Shown: positions 14,096 through 26,556, counted from the first letter of the stretch. The stretch is 64,000 nucleotides of DNA from Fistulifera solaris (GCA_030295235.1 AP026135.1:992001-1056000); one strand, 5' to 3'. Translations and numbers: made by a program. Notes: generated by a model not told the origin, from the sequence alone.

Positions 14096-14324
14096 TCTTT
14101 AAGTAGAGCGCTAGCTGGTAGCAGCCTATACTTTATCTCTGTCGGCGGCTACGTTCGTTTGCTGTAGATACTTTGAGTCATCACGGAACAAACCACCGGC
14201 AATGCTAAGACAATATTTAAATACGTCTTTTTGCTTACATCGACCGCAAGAAGAGAACCAACGAATGAACTCGAGCAGCCAACTTCGCCAGTTAGGCTAG
14301 ACTGGAGAAACTCTAGTATACTTT

Positions 14325-15276
14325 TCACGAAACAGCCAGTTCACTCATCCGTTCGATTTCGCTTTTATCATCAGCGGCCCGCTTTCGTCCGACCAATCGC
14401 GACCATCTACCGCAATCGAACCCGTAAGAAGCCAAGCTGCCTTCTGTTTCTTCCGCTGAAAGCTCAGCGTAGTGATCATCGATCCATTCGATGCTCTCTC
14501 CGTACGCTGCTTTCAGCGAAGCAACCTCATGCGGTCGAATTCCTGACAAGCACAAAATACCATTATTTCTTATATTTGAAACCAGAGCAGCGACCATAGA
14601 AGGCCGAACTAACTGGCCAATGAGAATATTGGCGATACAAACGTCCACGCCTCTCCCCGGAACAATTTCATAGGGAAGAATCTCTCGCGTGTGCAAGCCT
14701 TCGAACCTTGACGAGTCGTACTCGTTCAAAGCAACATTCCTCTCGGCCGTTATGAGAGCCTCTGCTTCAATGTCCACCCCTACGCATCGAGCAGCGCCCA
14801 TGTGTAGTGCGGCGATTGACAAAATTCCCGAACCGCACCCGTAATCGAGCACTATTTCCCCTCCTTGTATCTGTTCACACAACCATTCGAGACACAAGCG
14901 TGTTGTTGGGTGAACTCCCGTGCCCCATCCATTTCGTCCCATTAAGAGATAAATGCTTCGAATCAATCCATTTTCTTGTTGTTGTGGAGGTTCTGCCTCC
15001 GCCGCGAGCACCTCGAACGGTACCAATAACTAATCCTTCTCGCGGTAAAGTGTCGCCCTCTCCGGCTTGCGTAGCAGATGATGAAGTAATCATCTGTTCA
15101 GTTTCCAGATTTTCGATCACCCATTGAGTTAGCCCCGAAGACGTTGTGTCCTCGTTGGCATGAAGCAAGGACGAGTCCGCGCACTCTTTTGTCTTCCATT
15201 GAATAACGAAGCCGGAAGCTCGTCTTATACAACTTGATGATGCCAGACACAGCAGAAATACATGTGTTGACTTCAT
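14325..15276 (-). CDS. prmA: Ribosomal protein L11 methyltransferase (PrmA-like), probably plastid-targeted
   Basis: GWGTGVHPTTRLCLEWL, VLDYGCGSGILSIAA, GVDIE, ANIL and LCLSGI motifs. The N-terminal signal peptide MKSTHVFLLCLASSSC..ASGF is in ORF 14875..15276. One frameshift near 15015. Confidence 0.85.
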
Positions 15277-15416
15277 TGTTATGCTTTGAAAATAAGTCGA
15301 TTACAATATTTGCTGGAGCAGCAGCATTCAAATAATAATGCGAAATTTGGGATGTTGGTGAAGGGAATAAGTGCCGGTTCGACAAGTCTCGCGAATTCGT
15401 ACTACTCCGTAACTTA

Positions 15417-16552
15417 GGCCATGCCCATTCATCGACCGGAAGGGAAAAAAAAGGAAAAAAAACGGACTTTGAGTGCCACATCCACTTTCCCGGTACTCAA
15501 AGTCCATTTTTTCGGCTCGGCAAACTCGGAGTTTGCCAAGAAAAAAAATGGAGTTGCAAACTCGGAAAAAATCGAGTTGAAAAAACAGAGTTCGTCCGTA
15601 GCACCGTTTTCCGCCTTTCTCCCCAAATTATTGAACGTCGGCATATCAAAATCTGCCATTTCTATAATTACTTTCTCTTTATTCCACTGTCTTTCCTATC
15701 AGAAAATCTCATGAGTAACTATAATACCCCCTTGTTGCAACGTGTTGCTGAAGGGAACCTGCCTGTTGATCCGGCTAGCACGAGAGCCGATGATTCCGGC
15801 TCAGTTGGTGACGAAGCATCACAAGAATGAGAGCCGAGAGCTCTGATATGGACGAGGCAGTCGCTCGTTTGGCAGACCATGGGAGTATTGATTCCGACGA
15901 TTCTTCTGATGAAGGCGTACTCACTCCAGCTGTCCGTTCAAGAGTACGACCAGGAAATCAATTTTCCCATTTGGAGGCAGCGGTACGAATGTACTTGTGA
16001 TACTGGACCCAACCTTTCCCCTCTTCCCGGTTGATAGAAAATTCAATGTGAGGCTTCAATTGATTGTAAAGCTTAACAAATGACACAAATGTCATTCTAT
16101 AAGCGCCGGCAAAAATAGTAATCACCGAGCTGATGATAAACATCCTCAACTGAGCGTCGAAGTCCTGCTTATGGTTTGTTTCCCAAACCGACTTCCTCTC
16201 CTTTGCTTCTGTAATGTCGCCACATGCATCAAAAGTAGCATGCCTACACAGGCATAATGATTTGTTGGTGACGATACCATCCTTTCTGATATTGATACCT
16301 GGTAAACTGAAATGTCGGCTTCACAAGTTGTTGGCAAATTGTGAAGCTCTATTGTGTTTCCGCACGACTCTGCTAAAATGAATCACTAATCAATTTTTTT
16401 TACCTCATTTTTTTTTCTATTTTGGAAATGATGAATGGACATGGGTGGGGACTCCGGTGGTTGAGGACCTCTACCGGTAGTCACAACGGCACCCAAAGTC
16501 CATTTTTTTTTTTCCTTTTTTTTTCCTTTCGGATCGATGAATGGCCAAGGCC
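15417..16552. mobile_element. Non-autonomous PIF/Harbinger-type DNA transposon (internal deletion derivative, 1136 bp)
   Basis: Imperfect ~60-bp terminal inverted repeats: the left end reads GGCCATGCCCATTCATCGACCGGAAGGGAAAA..GGACTTTGAGTGCC and the reverse complement of the right end reads GGCCTTGGCCATTCATCGATCCGAAAGGAAAA..GGACTTTGGGTGCC. TTA flanks both ends (15414-15416 and 16553-16555). The internal minus-strand remnant FAGAYRMTFVSFVKLYNQLKPHIE resembles a Harbinger transposase N-terminus. Confidence 0.85.
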
Positions 16553-17073
16553 TTACCAGGTACCACTACAAATCCGTACAAAAATGTACGAATCATCATT
16601 TTGATTTAAATTTCCTAGTCCTGGATATGGTTGACGGATGTACCAAAGGTGTTCGAGTAGTTACATCGTCTGTAACATGCAATCAAGATTCTTTTGGTGT
16701 ATGTTGACATTTGATTCCAGCAGCATTTGGTATGGGAATGTTTGTTTTGGTCCTGTTCAACTGATGATGTTCTTGTCGAACGTTTGTGGCGTACCCTAAC
16801 CTTAAGAGCACAAAATTCAAGTCGTGGATCGTGTGGTTTCGAATCAATGAAGCTGCTCTCGTCTCGCTCATCCTTCTCCGCTCTGCGACAGCTGATGTTT
16901 CTTTTGAGGTTCTCTCGTCGTCGCTAAGGTTCATTGAAGCAACTTGCACCTCAGGGTTTTCTCGATCAAGCCATCAATATGGTGGAAACGAATGCCGATG
17001 CTCCGGTCTTTTTGCAGCGGACGCGGTCGGGTACTTTTGCAACGCAGGCCCAAGCGATGTGCCTCAACCACAA

Positions 17074-20000
17074 ATGAAGGGGAATACACGGCCCTACGTG
17101 GATGATACGAATGTTGCGAACGAATTCAAAGATCACGACGAAAACTATGCTCCAACCACCTGGAAGGCTATCTTACGCGAAAAGGGTCATCTTTCTTTTC
17201 AACGGGAAGAAACTCAACTTCTTGATTTCTACGATGAAAGAATCTCGAACAAATCGGAGAAATCGAAACTCATAATTATTCGAGGACCTGTCGGATGCGG
17301 AAAGAGTCAACTTGCTGAAACGTTGAGGAAAAAGGTAGACCATCACTCTGGCTATTTTTTTGGTCGGGCATTTTGACCCTCTCCAATTCGACCCGCCAAA
17401 GCCTTATGCTGCTTTTGTCATGGCGGTTGAAGCGTTCACAACTGCTGTTATTAATCGCGGTGAGGAGGATGCTATACTAGGTGATTGTGCAAGGCTGTCT
17501 GCCGAAGACACTGGAATTTTGATCGGAATGGTTCCCTCGCTTGAAAATATTTTCGGTCGCCGAAAAATACACGAAACAAAGGGGAGTTCTAAACCCAGAG
17601 GACCTGATGGGCTTGGGCGCTTCGTTCGAGTCTTCCATTCTTTTCTTCGGTGTATCAGCTCAGAGACCAGACCCATAGTATTACTTTTTAAGGGTATGCA
17701 ATTTGCAGATCCGTGCTCTTGTGATCTTCTCGGTAGTATTATCCGTGAAAGTGGCATCGTCGGCCTTCTCTGCATAGGAACACTTGATAGTAATGTGAGA
17801 CTCGACGATCGCATAAGCGCTGCTTCGACGGATTTTCTAAAACACGATAACGTCGCTACTATTGAGCTACATAATCTTGATGAGAATCAAGTAAGCCTCT
17901 TTCTTACGAAAATGTTCGACGTCTCGACAAAGGGGACCTTGTGGAGCGAATTCGCCAACATGTTGTATGAACAGACTCAAGGGAATTTCTTGTATATAGC
18001 TATCTTCCTTGAGATGCTCTTAGCGTCAAAAATGGTTACAAATCGAGGGGGGAACGTGGTCATTCAGTATGGAGGAGGTTCAAAAACAGATACGGGATGC
18101 GACACTTTCTTCCTTCTTCTGCACAACGATTTCGCTCGAATCTCAGCAATCACTTGAATTACTCAAAGTTTGCGCTTGCTTAGGCTCAGAGTTCGATCTA
18201 AAAGTCATAGAAAATATCTTCGGGTATCGACCAGAAATGTACCTTGAGGAGCTGTCGTCAAAGGGCTATATAAAACCAGCCGTGAATGGGTATACTTTTG
18301 CGCACAATTGCTTTCAAGAGGCCGCCTATGGTCTCATTCCACTAGAGGAACGGAGTCTTTTCCATGTTGAAATTGGCAGGAGGCTCTGGAGAAGCATGGA
18401 TTCGGACGACGATCTCGATGCAAATCTCTATACCATTATTTCTCAGTTCAGCAAGGGAAAGCATTTACTTAAGAGGGACAAAGAATGTTTTCGTCTTGCA
18501 AGTCTGTGCTTGCAAGCTGGACAAAAGGCTGCAAAAGCATCAGCTTTTCGTGCTGCTGTTAGCTACCTAGAGCTGGGCATTTATGTCTTGATGGAGAAGG
18601 CGGATGACAAATTGGGGTGGAAGCAGGCCTACCACCTTACTTTGTCGCTTTATAACGCCGCCGCGGAAATGAATCTCGTTACGTCCCAGTACGAACGGTC
18701 GGAGCAACTTGTGAAGGAAATCTTGTTGCATGCTAAATCCCCGCTTGACAGAGTACAAGCAAATGGAACGCTGATTAGTATCCTTGGAACAATATCGAAA
18801 CAACAAGAAGCTATTGACGTCGGGCTGAAAGGTCTCGAAGAACTCGGAGAGGGTTTGCCGAAGAGACGGCTAAAGATGCACATCTTGATTGAACTGTCAG
18901 CTGTCAAGCGGATGCTCCGAGGTAAAAGCGACGAACAACTTATGCGGCTCGAGCCACTCACTGATACCACCCAACTTTCGTGTTTACAAATCATGTACCT
19001 GATCTATCTACATTGCATACTCGTTCGACCAGAACTAGGGGCACTTGTGGGGCTACGATCACTGAAAATAACCCTGCAATACGGATTGAGTCCTTTTTCG
19101 ATTTCCACGTTTGCAATCTATGGGATGGTTTGCCTGGAAATGAAAGACGTGGACGCGGCACATAGATTTGGTCAACTATCCCTGAAGGTGCTTGATAAGT
19201 ACGGTTTGGTGGAGTATCTACCGAGGTTGTATGCAGCACACTACGGTGTTATCGATTCATGGAAGCGCCCTATTAAAGATTCGCTTCAACCTTTGTTGCA
19301 CGCACATCAAATCGGTCTTCACACCGGTGACCGTGAGTTCTCTTTCCTGTGCTTGAACTGCTACTTTTTTCATGCGTTTCATAGCGGAATCCTTCTCGAT
19401 GATTTGATGAGTAAATGGAGAAGCGTTGAAGGTGAAATGACTTCAAGCCGCCAAGAGTCTCTTTTGAAAATGGCCCTTCCTTTCGTGCAGAAACTTCTCC
19501 ATCTAATGAATTCATCAAGAGAAGAGGCTCTGACTTTTAAAGGAGAGATTATGGACATGCTTCTCGAGCACGAGCTTGCCTTCAAAGCAAACCTTTCCTC
19601 AGTTGCTACTGACATCATTATTTGCTGTATGATGCTTGCTTACGTCTTCGATGATTTCACACAAGCTGGGACGTTCGCCATTTGGACTGAGAAACATGGA
19701 GCTATAGTTCCTACGTTCCAAGAGATTATCCGGCAATTTTTCCAAGGGCTAGTCGCCTTCGCTCTGGCACGACAGAATACGAATCGACGCAAGAATATTC
19801 GCATCGGCAGTCGTATCTTGTACCGGTTTTCGACATTCTACTCTTTGAAGTGTCCTGAAAATTGTTGTGATAAGCAGCATCTACTGGAGGCGGAGTTAGC
19901 ATCCGTTAAGGGACAAAGGGATCTGGCCTACGCCCACTACACACAAGCCATAGCCATGGCTGAGAAATCTGGCTTTTTGTTTGAACAGGCACTTATTCAC

Positions 20001-20153
20001 GAACGTTTTGGCTTCCACCTCCATGGCGTCGGTGACTCTGACAAGTCGCGGAGTCACTTAGGTCAATCAGTCGATATTTACAATCATTGGGGAGCGAAGG
20101 GAAAAGCGAGGTACCTCCAAAGCGTTATTTCATGTATTTTTTCACAAACTTAG
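17074..20153 (+). CDS. STAND-type / AAA_16 P-loop ATPase with helical (TPR-like) C-terminal region, COG3899-like
   Basis: Walker A GPVGCGKS, GHFD..PYAAF, QTQGNFLY, LKVCACLG, YTFAHNCFQEAAY, AGQKAAKASAFRAAVSYL and HWGAKGK are typical of this family. Frameshifts near 17360 (T-run) and 18055. Start codon uncertain. Confidence 0.85.
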
Positions 20154-20551
20154 ATGCGGAACATCTGTTCGTTTTATTAAAATATTTTTTGTTGTTTGTT
20201 GTTCCGAAAGACCTAGATTTTAATAACTCACTGAGTATCCGTGTGTGCCTGAAAATGAAGAACCAGATTTTCTTGTAACTCAAAGACACACGTAACGCAA
20301 TGGTAACCCTAAGGCTTTCGTCGTCGAGGGTCGGGGGGTGAAAAAGCGAGATGATGCGAGGTGAGTCAGTCACGAAATGCATCGCAACAGCACACCACTG
20401 ATTCACCGCCATCATCCATCAAAGACAGCCACCATATCCCCATTATTATTTGATCATCGCTCGACCTATACCTAGTAGTTAGTTGGGACGAGTCAACCAC
20501 TCACAGCGTGTTAGTGTCTCTTCTCGGTCGCATCCGTCAACATTACGACAC

Positions 20552-21855
20552 ATGTCACCTTTTTCGCAACTTAACCGAAACTGGAAAACCTTCATGATGT
20601 ATGTTGTGTTGACCGTGTACAGACCACAGCTTTTCCAAGCACGAGCTGCATTCAGTCATAAACATGTAGCTCCATTTCGCAGTCGAAGTGCTCGCGCCAT
20701 GGGGACCAGTGCCGAGACCACAGATCCGTTGGAAGTATATCGCAACAAAAACAACAATCGCGACCAAATTTTCTCGGCAATTTCCGGTGACGGAGGCATT
20801 AAAGTTACCGTTGCAACCATTCGCAACGTCATTAACGATGCCTCTATGCAGCACACAATGACGTTTGTTCCGACGGATGCTCTTGGACGAGCCATGACTT
20901 GCGGTTTGCTTATGGCGAACGGAATGCAAGAAGAACAGACCGTACAAATCACTATGAAAGGTAAGATAATCAATCTCAATACGATAGCTCGTTTTCGGTA
21001 ATGTCTAGTAACTCATCGAAATTTCTATTTTCAGGGGACGGTCCTTTGCGCGGCGTTGTTGCGATTGCGACAGGATCGGGAACCGTTCGAGGCTATGTTG
21101 GCAGTCCCATGTTGGGGGAAATGTCGCTCCCCGAAGCGGTCGGAAAGGGATCGGTGCAGGTAGTGAAAAATCATCCCGACTGGCCGAGGCCTTATAACGG
21201 CATTACTGCCATTCGTCATGGTGACATTGATCGTGATGTAGGTGAGTAGGTTTAGTCACATGTTCGGCGTGTTGTCACTTAATGTTGCTGATTCTGCTTG
21301 GCAGGTATCTATTTGGCAGAAAGTGAGCAGCGGTCATGTGCTCTTGCTGCGGCAGTATCAGTCAAGGGTATTTTGTGTACATCGGCTGGCGGCTACTTGA
21401 TCGAACAATTACCAGGTGTCGAACCGGACGTAGTAAAGCAAGTCGAGAAAAATTTAGCACAACTAGTCGAAATGGACGGAACAGGCAATCTACCAACTGG
21501 TTTATTACTTCAGGTGAGTTGCAGTGAGTTGCATTCGTAATGCTTGGCTGCAGTCAGCTGACTTGATTGTGTCAAACCGTAGGGGCAAACACCAGTAGAT
21601 ATTGCCGCGACGATTCTTGACGGTTTAGATATGAAACCGTTACAGCAAATGGAGCCTGTACTTGTTTGCCAATGCACGGAAGATCGACTGATGAGGTCTT
21701 TGCGGCTGCTTCCAAGAGAAGAAGTCGAAGATATTTTGGCCAAGGAACAACAAATTGAAGCCCGCTGCCAATTCTGCGGGAAAGTTTACCGGTTAGGAAA
21801 AGAAGAAATCGAAGAGCGTCTTCAAAACGCGACAGGAGAGCCGTCGAAAAGCTAA
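20552..21855 (+). CDS. hslO: Hsp33 redox-regulated chaperone, likely organelle-targeted
   Basis: ALGRAMTCGLL, GDGPLRGVVA, VRGYV, YLAESEQ, AGGYLIEQLPG and the zinc motif CQC...CQFC. Introns near 20961-21033, 21242-21304 and 21514-21582. Confidence 0.9.
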
Positions 21856-22338
21856 AAAATAAATATATCTTTGCGCAGTTAAGCGACTAGATTGATATTA
21901 TCATGATACTGGTTCGCTCGATAAGACAAGGTTTTCCTGGTTTCGTTGAACCTTTTTTATACGCTTTAGTGAAGTAAGGTACGAGACAGCGAGGCAAAAC
22001 CTGACAGTATTCATTGCAGCAACATAGTGGCATCAGAATCGACGATAAACAGAGATTGATTTCCCAACATGTATTCCTTTGAAACAATGGTTAAAATAAT
22101 TTCAATAAGTCACGAGACTTTTCCTCTTTTCTCCTGGAAATTGCTATAGAATGAAGGGTAGTATAATCGCGACTTGCCCCGACTCAACGAATACTTTAGT
22201 CCCGGGACTTGTTGACGGCGCACCCGTTTTCGCGTCTACTTTCGACACGAGAAAACGCATTAGCCCTTAATTGAATCCAATTTACTTTTTATCTCCTTTC
22301 TCCATCATCTTTTTCATTCAATATTCAATTCAGTCCTC

Positions 22339-23161
22339 ATGCCTGCTTCCGCCGGGCGCGTGCGCATGCCGCACAACAATCGTGTATCGGTCAGTGCCTC
22401 CCTCAAGTCCTCTAATATCTGGCAGAAAACCATTGGACACGATCCGTATGCATCACAAGCCGATGATGGCCAAGAAGAAAAAGGCCCCCGATCACGAAAA
22501 AAGCCAAGCAAGTGCTCGCGGTAGCTCGACAACAAAATTTGACGGATGGAGCGAATCGTGATGATTTTGCGAAGAAATTATATTTGGGATTGAAAGGCGG
22601 CAAGAAACGTCGCGCCGATGAAATAGCTGGCGGTCCACCGCAACAATATGACCCGAATTTGCACGAAGAAGCCGTTAGTTCGAGTGAAGATGAGTTTGTG
22701 GAAGTCAAAGATAAAGCGAGTCGCAAAAGCCGGAAGAAAAGCAAGAAGAGCAAAAAGTATCGCCGACGACGAGACGATGATTCTAGTTCATCCGACTCGG
22801 AAAGCGTGTCGACCGATAAAGAGCGTCATCGGCAGCGAAAAAGAAAAGAAAGAAGGAGAAAACGAAGAAAAAGAGCTATTCACGTCGCCATTCACGTCGC
22901 CATTCGTCTGGCTCATCCTCTGACGATGATTCTAATAGTAGCGACAAAAGCAGTCACAGCCGAAGACGACATTCTAAAAAGAAGCACTTCGAGCGACAGG
23001 AATCGACAAAGAAAGATACAACGGATAACGACAGCAAGGAAACTGTCTTCTATCCAGCAGAGCAGTTCAGCGGTTCGAAAAAAGGTTATGTTTTTCAACA
23101 GGGAGAACAAGGACGAGGCTATTACGTGGACAAACGACCCAAGGTAGATAGTAGGTATTGA
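22339..23161 (+). CDS. CXIP4-like Arg/Ser/Lys-rich nuclear protein
   Basis: N-terminus MPASAGRVRMPHNNRV..SLKSSNIWQKTIGHDPYA resembles plant CAX-interacting protein 4. It has an RS/K-rich low-complexity body and a C-terminal FSGSKKGYVFQQGEQGRGYYVD. Two homopolymer frameshifts near 22500 and 22870. Confidence 0.7.
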
Positions 23162-23588
23162 GAGGAAATGTTGAAGTGGGCCGATTGATGTGGCTGTCTT
23201 AGTTTCACAATAAATGAATCAGAAAACAATTCCTGGAGGAAATCAATATTGACTATGCCGTCATGCAGCTTTCAGTTAGGGTTACGGGATATCATTCAAA
23301 AATTACATAATACGGAGTACTCCGTAGTAGATAGTAAAATTGCAACCAGTCAGACATGAAAACGTGTTTTTCATAAATTGTGAGAGCTTCACTACGGACC
23401 GTCCAACAACTCCTCACCGTAGCGAACGACAAACACAAAAAATACCATCGGCGAGCCCTCTTTATTACTAGCCTCTTACATCACTTTAGTGGTTGCATCT
23501 GTGCGTTGTCGACTCAAGCTAGTCGTGTGGAGTGAGGGAGAACAGGAGACCGAAAGCGTTTATAGTTTTTCACAAGAGCCCGCTCAAC

Positions 23589-24371
23589 ATGAATTCTGTC
23601 ACCACACGTACACTACCGTTGACTCGATCTCTGACGCGATGGCTGCGTCCCACTGCCTTGCGTCCCTTCTCACGCAGGTTTTCCGCCGCTCCGTTACCCA
23701 GCTACGCCGCTGTCGATCATGCGGAAGCGTACGAACGAGCCATGCAGGGTGGCCACGGGCAGCAACTAGCGTTGGCGGCGCTGGAAGGATATGGTAAAGA
23801 CGAACCCGATTTTGATCCCTTCATTGAAGAAGAAATGGCCGAAGACGGTCAAGAGAATGAAGAAGATGACGATTCGGGCTACTATGACGATAACGAAGGT
23901 TCGGGTGTGTTCAATAGCGACGGATCGTTACGACGTGCTCCTTCCGAATTAGCAACGCTGCGGGCGGGGGCACCTGCCGGAGGAATGGTGGCAGTCATTG
24001 AGTTGGCTGGAACACAATATAAAGTCACGACAGATGATTTACTGATAGTAAACAAGCTGAAACCCGTGGAAAAATTCCAACTCGGATCAGTGCATTCGTT
24101 GGATTCTGTCTTACTTTTGAGCACTTCTCATTATACGTTGGTGGGCTTACCTAAAGTGGAAGGTGCAGTTGTTGATGTCATGGTGGAAGAAATCACGAAG
24201 GATGCCAAGGTGATTATCTTCAAAAAGAGGCGGAGAAAGCATTCGCAGCGCAAAAATGGTTTCCGCCGAGAGGTTACCATGCTGCGTGTCTTGGATATTC
24301 GACCTCCGGAACTCCATCAGAAGCAACTTTATCAAGCGAGACCACCACCCACCTTGCCTTCGGATGATTAA
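23589..24371 (+). CDS. rplU: Ribosomal protein bL21, probably mitochondrial
   Basis: AVIELAGTQYKVTTDD and KVIIFKKRRRKHSQRKNGFRREVTMLRV motifs. Arg/Ser/Thr/Leu-rich amphipathic presequence. Confidence 0.9.
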   Translation: MNSVTTRTLPLTRSLTRWLRPTALRPFSRRFSAAPLPSYAAVDHAEAYERAMQGGHGQQLALAALEGYGKDEPDFDPFIEEEMAEDGQENEEDDDSGYYDDNEGSGVFNSDGSLRRAPSELATLRAGAPAGGMVAVIELAGTQYKVTTDDLLIVNKLKPVEKFQLGSVHSLDSVLLLSTSHYTLVGLPKVEGAVVDVMVEEITKDAKVIIFKKRRRKHSQRKNGFRREVTMLRVLDIRPPELHQKQLYQARPPPTLPSDD

Positions 24372-24671
24372 GCCCTCGAAGGACTAATTGTGGTGTTGAT
24401 GCTACAATAAGAATACGTAGAACGGAGCCGAACACTTTCTTTACCCATGCATCTCGAGAGCCTTTCTAGTTTGACTACTTTGTACTCGCAAAGATAGCAA
24501 AATGGGAAGCTTAAGTAGTAGTAGTATTATAGCAACAAAAGAATCATAGCATAGCGAGTGAAGTGTATAGGTGGCCCTCGAGTGGTATGTGAAATGAGGT
24601 ACGGCGCCAAAGGTGTGTGTCAACGAAACAATAGAGTGTTTCGTAATAATTTGTACATGTTGCTTTGTCAC

Positions 24672-25159
24672 TTACTTATCGTTGAAGCGAATGCGCTTCG
24701 CCAAGTTGACCGCGAGGCGAACGGGGTTTCGGTTGGGAGACGGGGATATGGAGGGGATGCTGGTGGTTTGCGTAGTTAAAGACGGTGGAATCGTCTCACT
24801 AGTCAGGTATTTGGTGCTCATCCAATCGTCGTGTAATGGAACATAGCTGTATTCAAATGGAGGGCTATCGAAGCGAGATTTAAGCACGCCCATTAGAGAG
24901 CTCGGCAATGAAAAACATGACACAAATCAGCATTGTCTCCAAGAACTTACTCTTCATAGGTGGTTTCGCGAAAGGTTGGGTGTAATTCGGTGTACCAGGT
25001 ACCAAACGCTGCCTTCGTATCGATTGGCAACGTCCAGGCGTAGAGTTTACTCACAGTCTTGCTGGACGCGACATTAGCACTCGGAAGCGCACCCGGTTGA
25101 AAGGCCATCAACGAAGTGAGACAGCAGATCAAAAACACGACGCTTGTTCTTGCTATCAT
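24672..25159 (-). CDS. Small unknown protein with bipartite plastid presequence (paralog A)
   Basis: Signal peptide ending LMA-FQP. GTAAGT..ATAG intron at 24950..24865. Shares motifs with the paralog at 26104-26556. Confidence 0.7.
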
Positions 25160-26103
25160 GATGGACAGTTGACACGACGAACCCGACTTAAAGCTTCTGT
25201 AGTCGTAAATTATGGTCTTTGATGTGAGAAAGAGCCTCCGAATATCATGCAAGAATTATCGGAGGGAATAAATTATTTGATGGAGGCGCAAACGTCCGAG
25301 CTCCTTCAAAATTTCTCGCCAAAGTCCACTTGGTTGATGGATCTGACTTGCCTTTCGAAAGTACAAACAGTCTTGCAGTGTGCGATGACAGAATTCAATG
25401 CTGGAAAACAACAAACTCAATTCGTACACTTCTTAACGGACGTACTTGACACAAAGGTGTCAAATAATGAGGCTACGTAAGACAAGAAGCTTGTCGAAAG
25501 TCAGAAAGGCGAATGACACATTTGGTGATGGCCACCGATGTCATGCACGTGATGTCACGGTGATATTTCATCGGTTGACCGATGGACGAAACACGAAACA
25601 GCCAGCGCCGCAGACGTGGATTGGATACAAAGTATTGAAGTCACAATGACCCCTTCTCAAGCGATCAGCCAATTAGATCGCTTACTTTACTTCTTTGGAC
25701 ATTCCTAAACTTAAAGTCCATTCCGCCAATCATCGTTGGACTTGTTTTTCTGTGTTTCGCGGGTTCTTCGACGAAGAAAAGGAAAGAACTTTCTTTTCTC
25801 GCTTCTCGTCCGTTTCGAAACGGCGCACTCGCATTATCGAGGAAATGTTGACACTCGACGTTTCGAAAATTCGTTGATCGCTCGTGGCTCTTCTTGACAC
25901 CATGCAGCAAGTCATAAGCTATTGCCCATAACTCGTGCAAATTCAATTTGCCATCAAGACTTCAACGGAAGCATGTTTAGTCCCCCCACTTCACGACCAT
26001 CGTCAACCTGAGAAAAGTCTCACAATTCCTGATTTTGGCAAAGAAAGACTCTTGCAAACACAGCATCCATTTGAACTTCGAAGGAACAAAACCATAACGC
26101 ATA

Positions 26104-26556
26104 ATGAACCACAAACTGATCAAGGCATCTTTCCTTCTTACTACTCTATTGTCTCTTTCGGTGGCGTTTCAATTGGACCCCGTGCGATTGCCTCGTTTCA
26201 AAACTCAACTGAAAGCTTGGTCGCTACCCGTCCCTGAAAGCCCGACGCCTTTTGGTAAATGGTATCAAGAATGTGATGCGATTGGTCGCAACCGAAAATA
26301 TGAAGAGTAAGTTTGACTCTGTGTTCGCTCATTGCGGTAAGAGAAAACCACTAACATAATTCGGAATTCTTAACTAATCAGCACGCCCTTCGAATACAAT
26401 TACGTCCCCATTTTCGATGATTCAGCTGCTACTAAAGACGATGCTCTGGCGCAGACCAAGACGCTGGCTCGACATCATCAAAGTAGAGTCCCTGTCGCTA
26501 CGTCGATTCGTAAAGCAGCTCTATTCGTTCGACGTGCATGGGTTCCTAAGAAATGA
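26104..26556 (+). CDS. Small unknown protein with bipartite plastid presequence (paralog B)
   Basis: Signal peptide ending SVA-FQL. GTAAGT..CAG intron at 26307..26381, in the same position and phase as in paralog A. Exon 2 reads TPFEYNYVPIFDD...RAWVPKK*. Confidence 0.7.

Noticed and set aside
14325..21855. Bacterial-like genes (PrmA, COG3899 ATPase, Hsp33) as a horizontally acquired island or contamination
   Set aside because: Hsp33 has spliceosomal introns, PrmA and Hsp33 carry eukaryotic targeting leaders, and the genes are interleaved with typical nuclear loci. No operon structure is visible.
25247..25946. Short ORFs between the two small plastid paralogs
   Set aside because: No recognisable motifs, splice structure or homology. 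Most likely shared promoter sequence.
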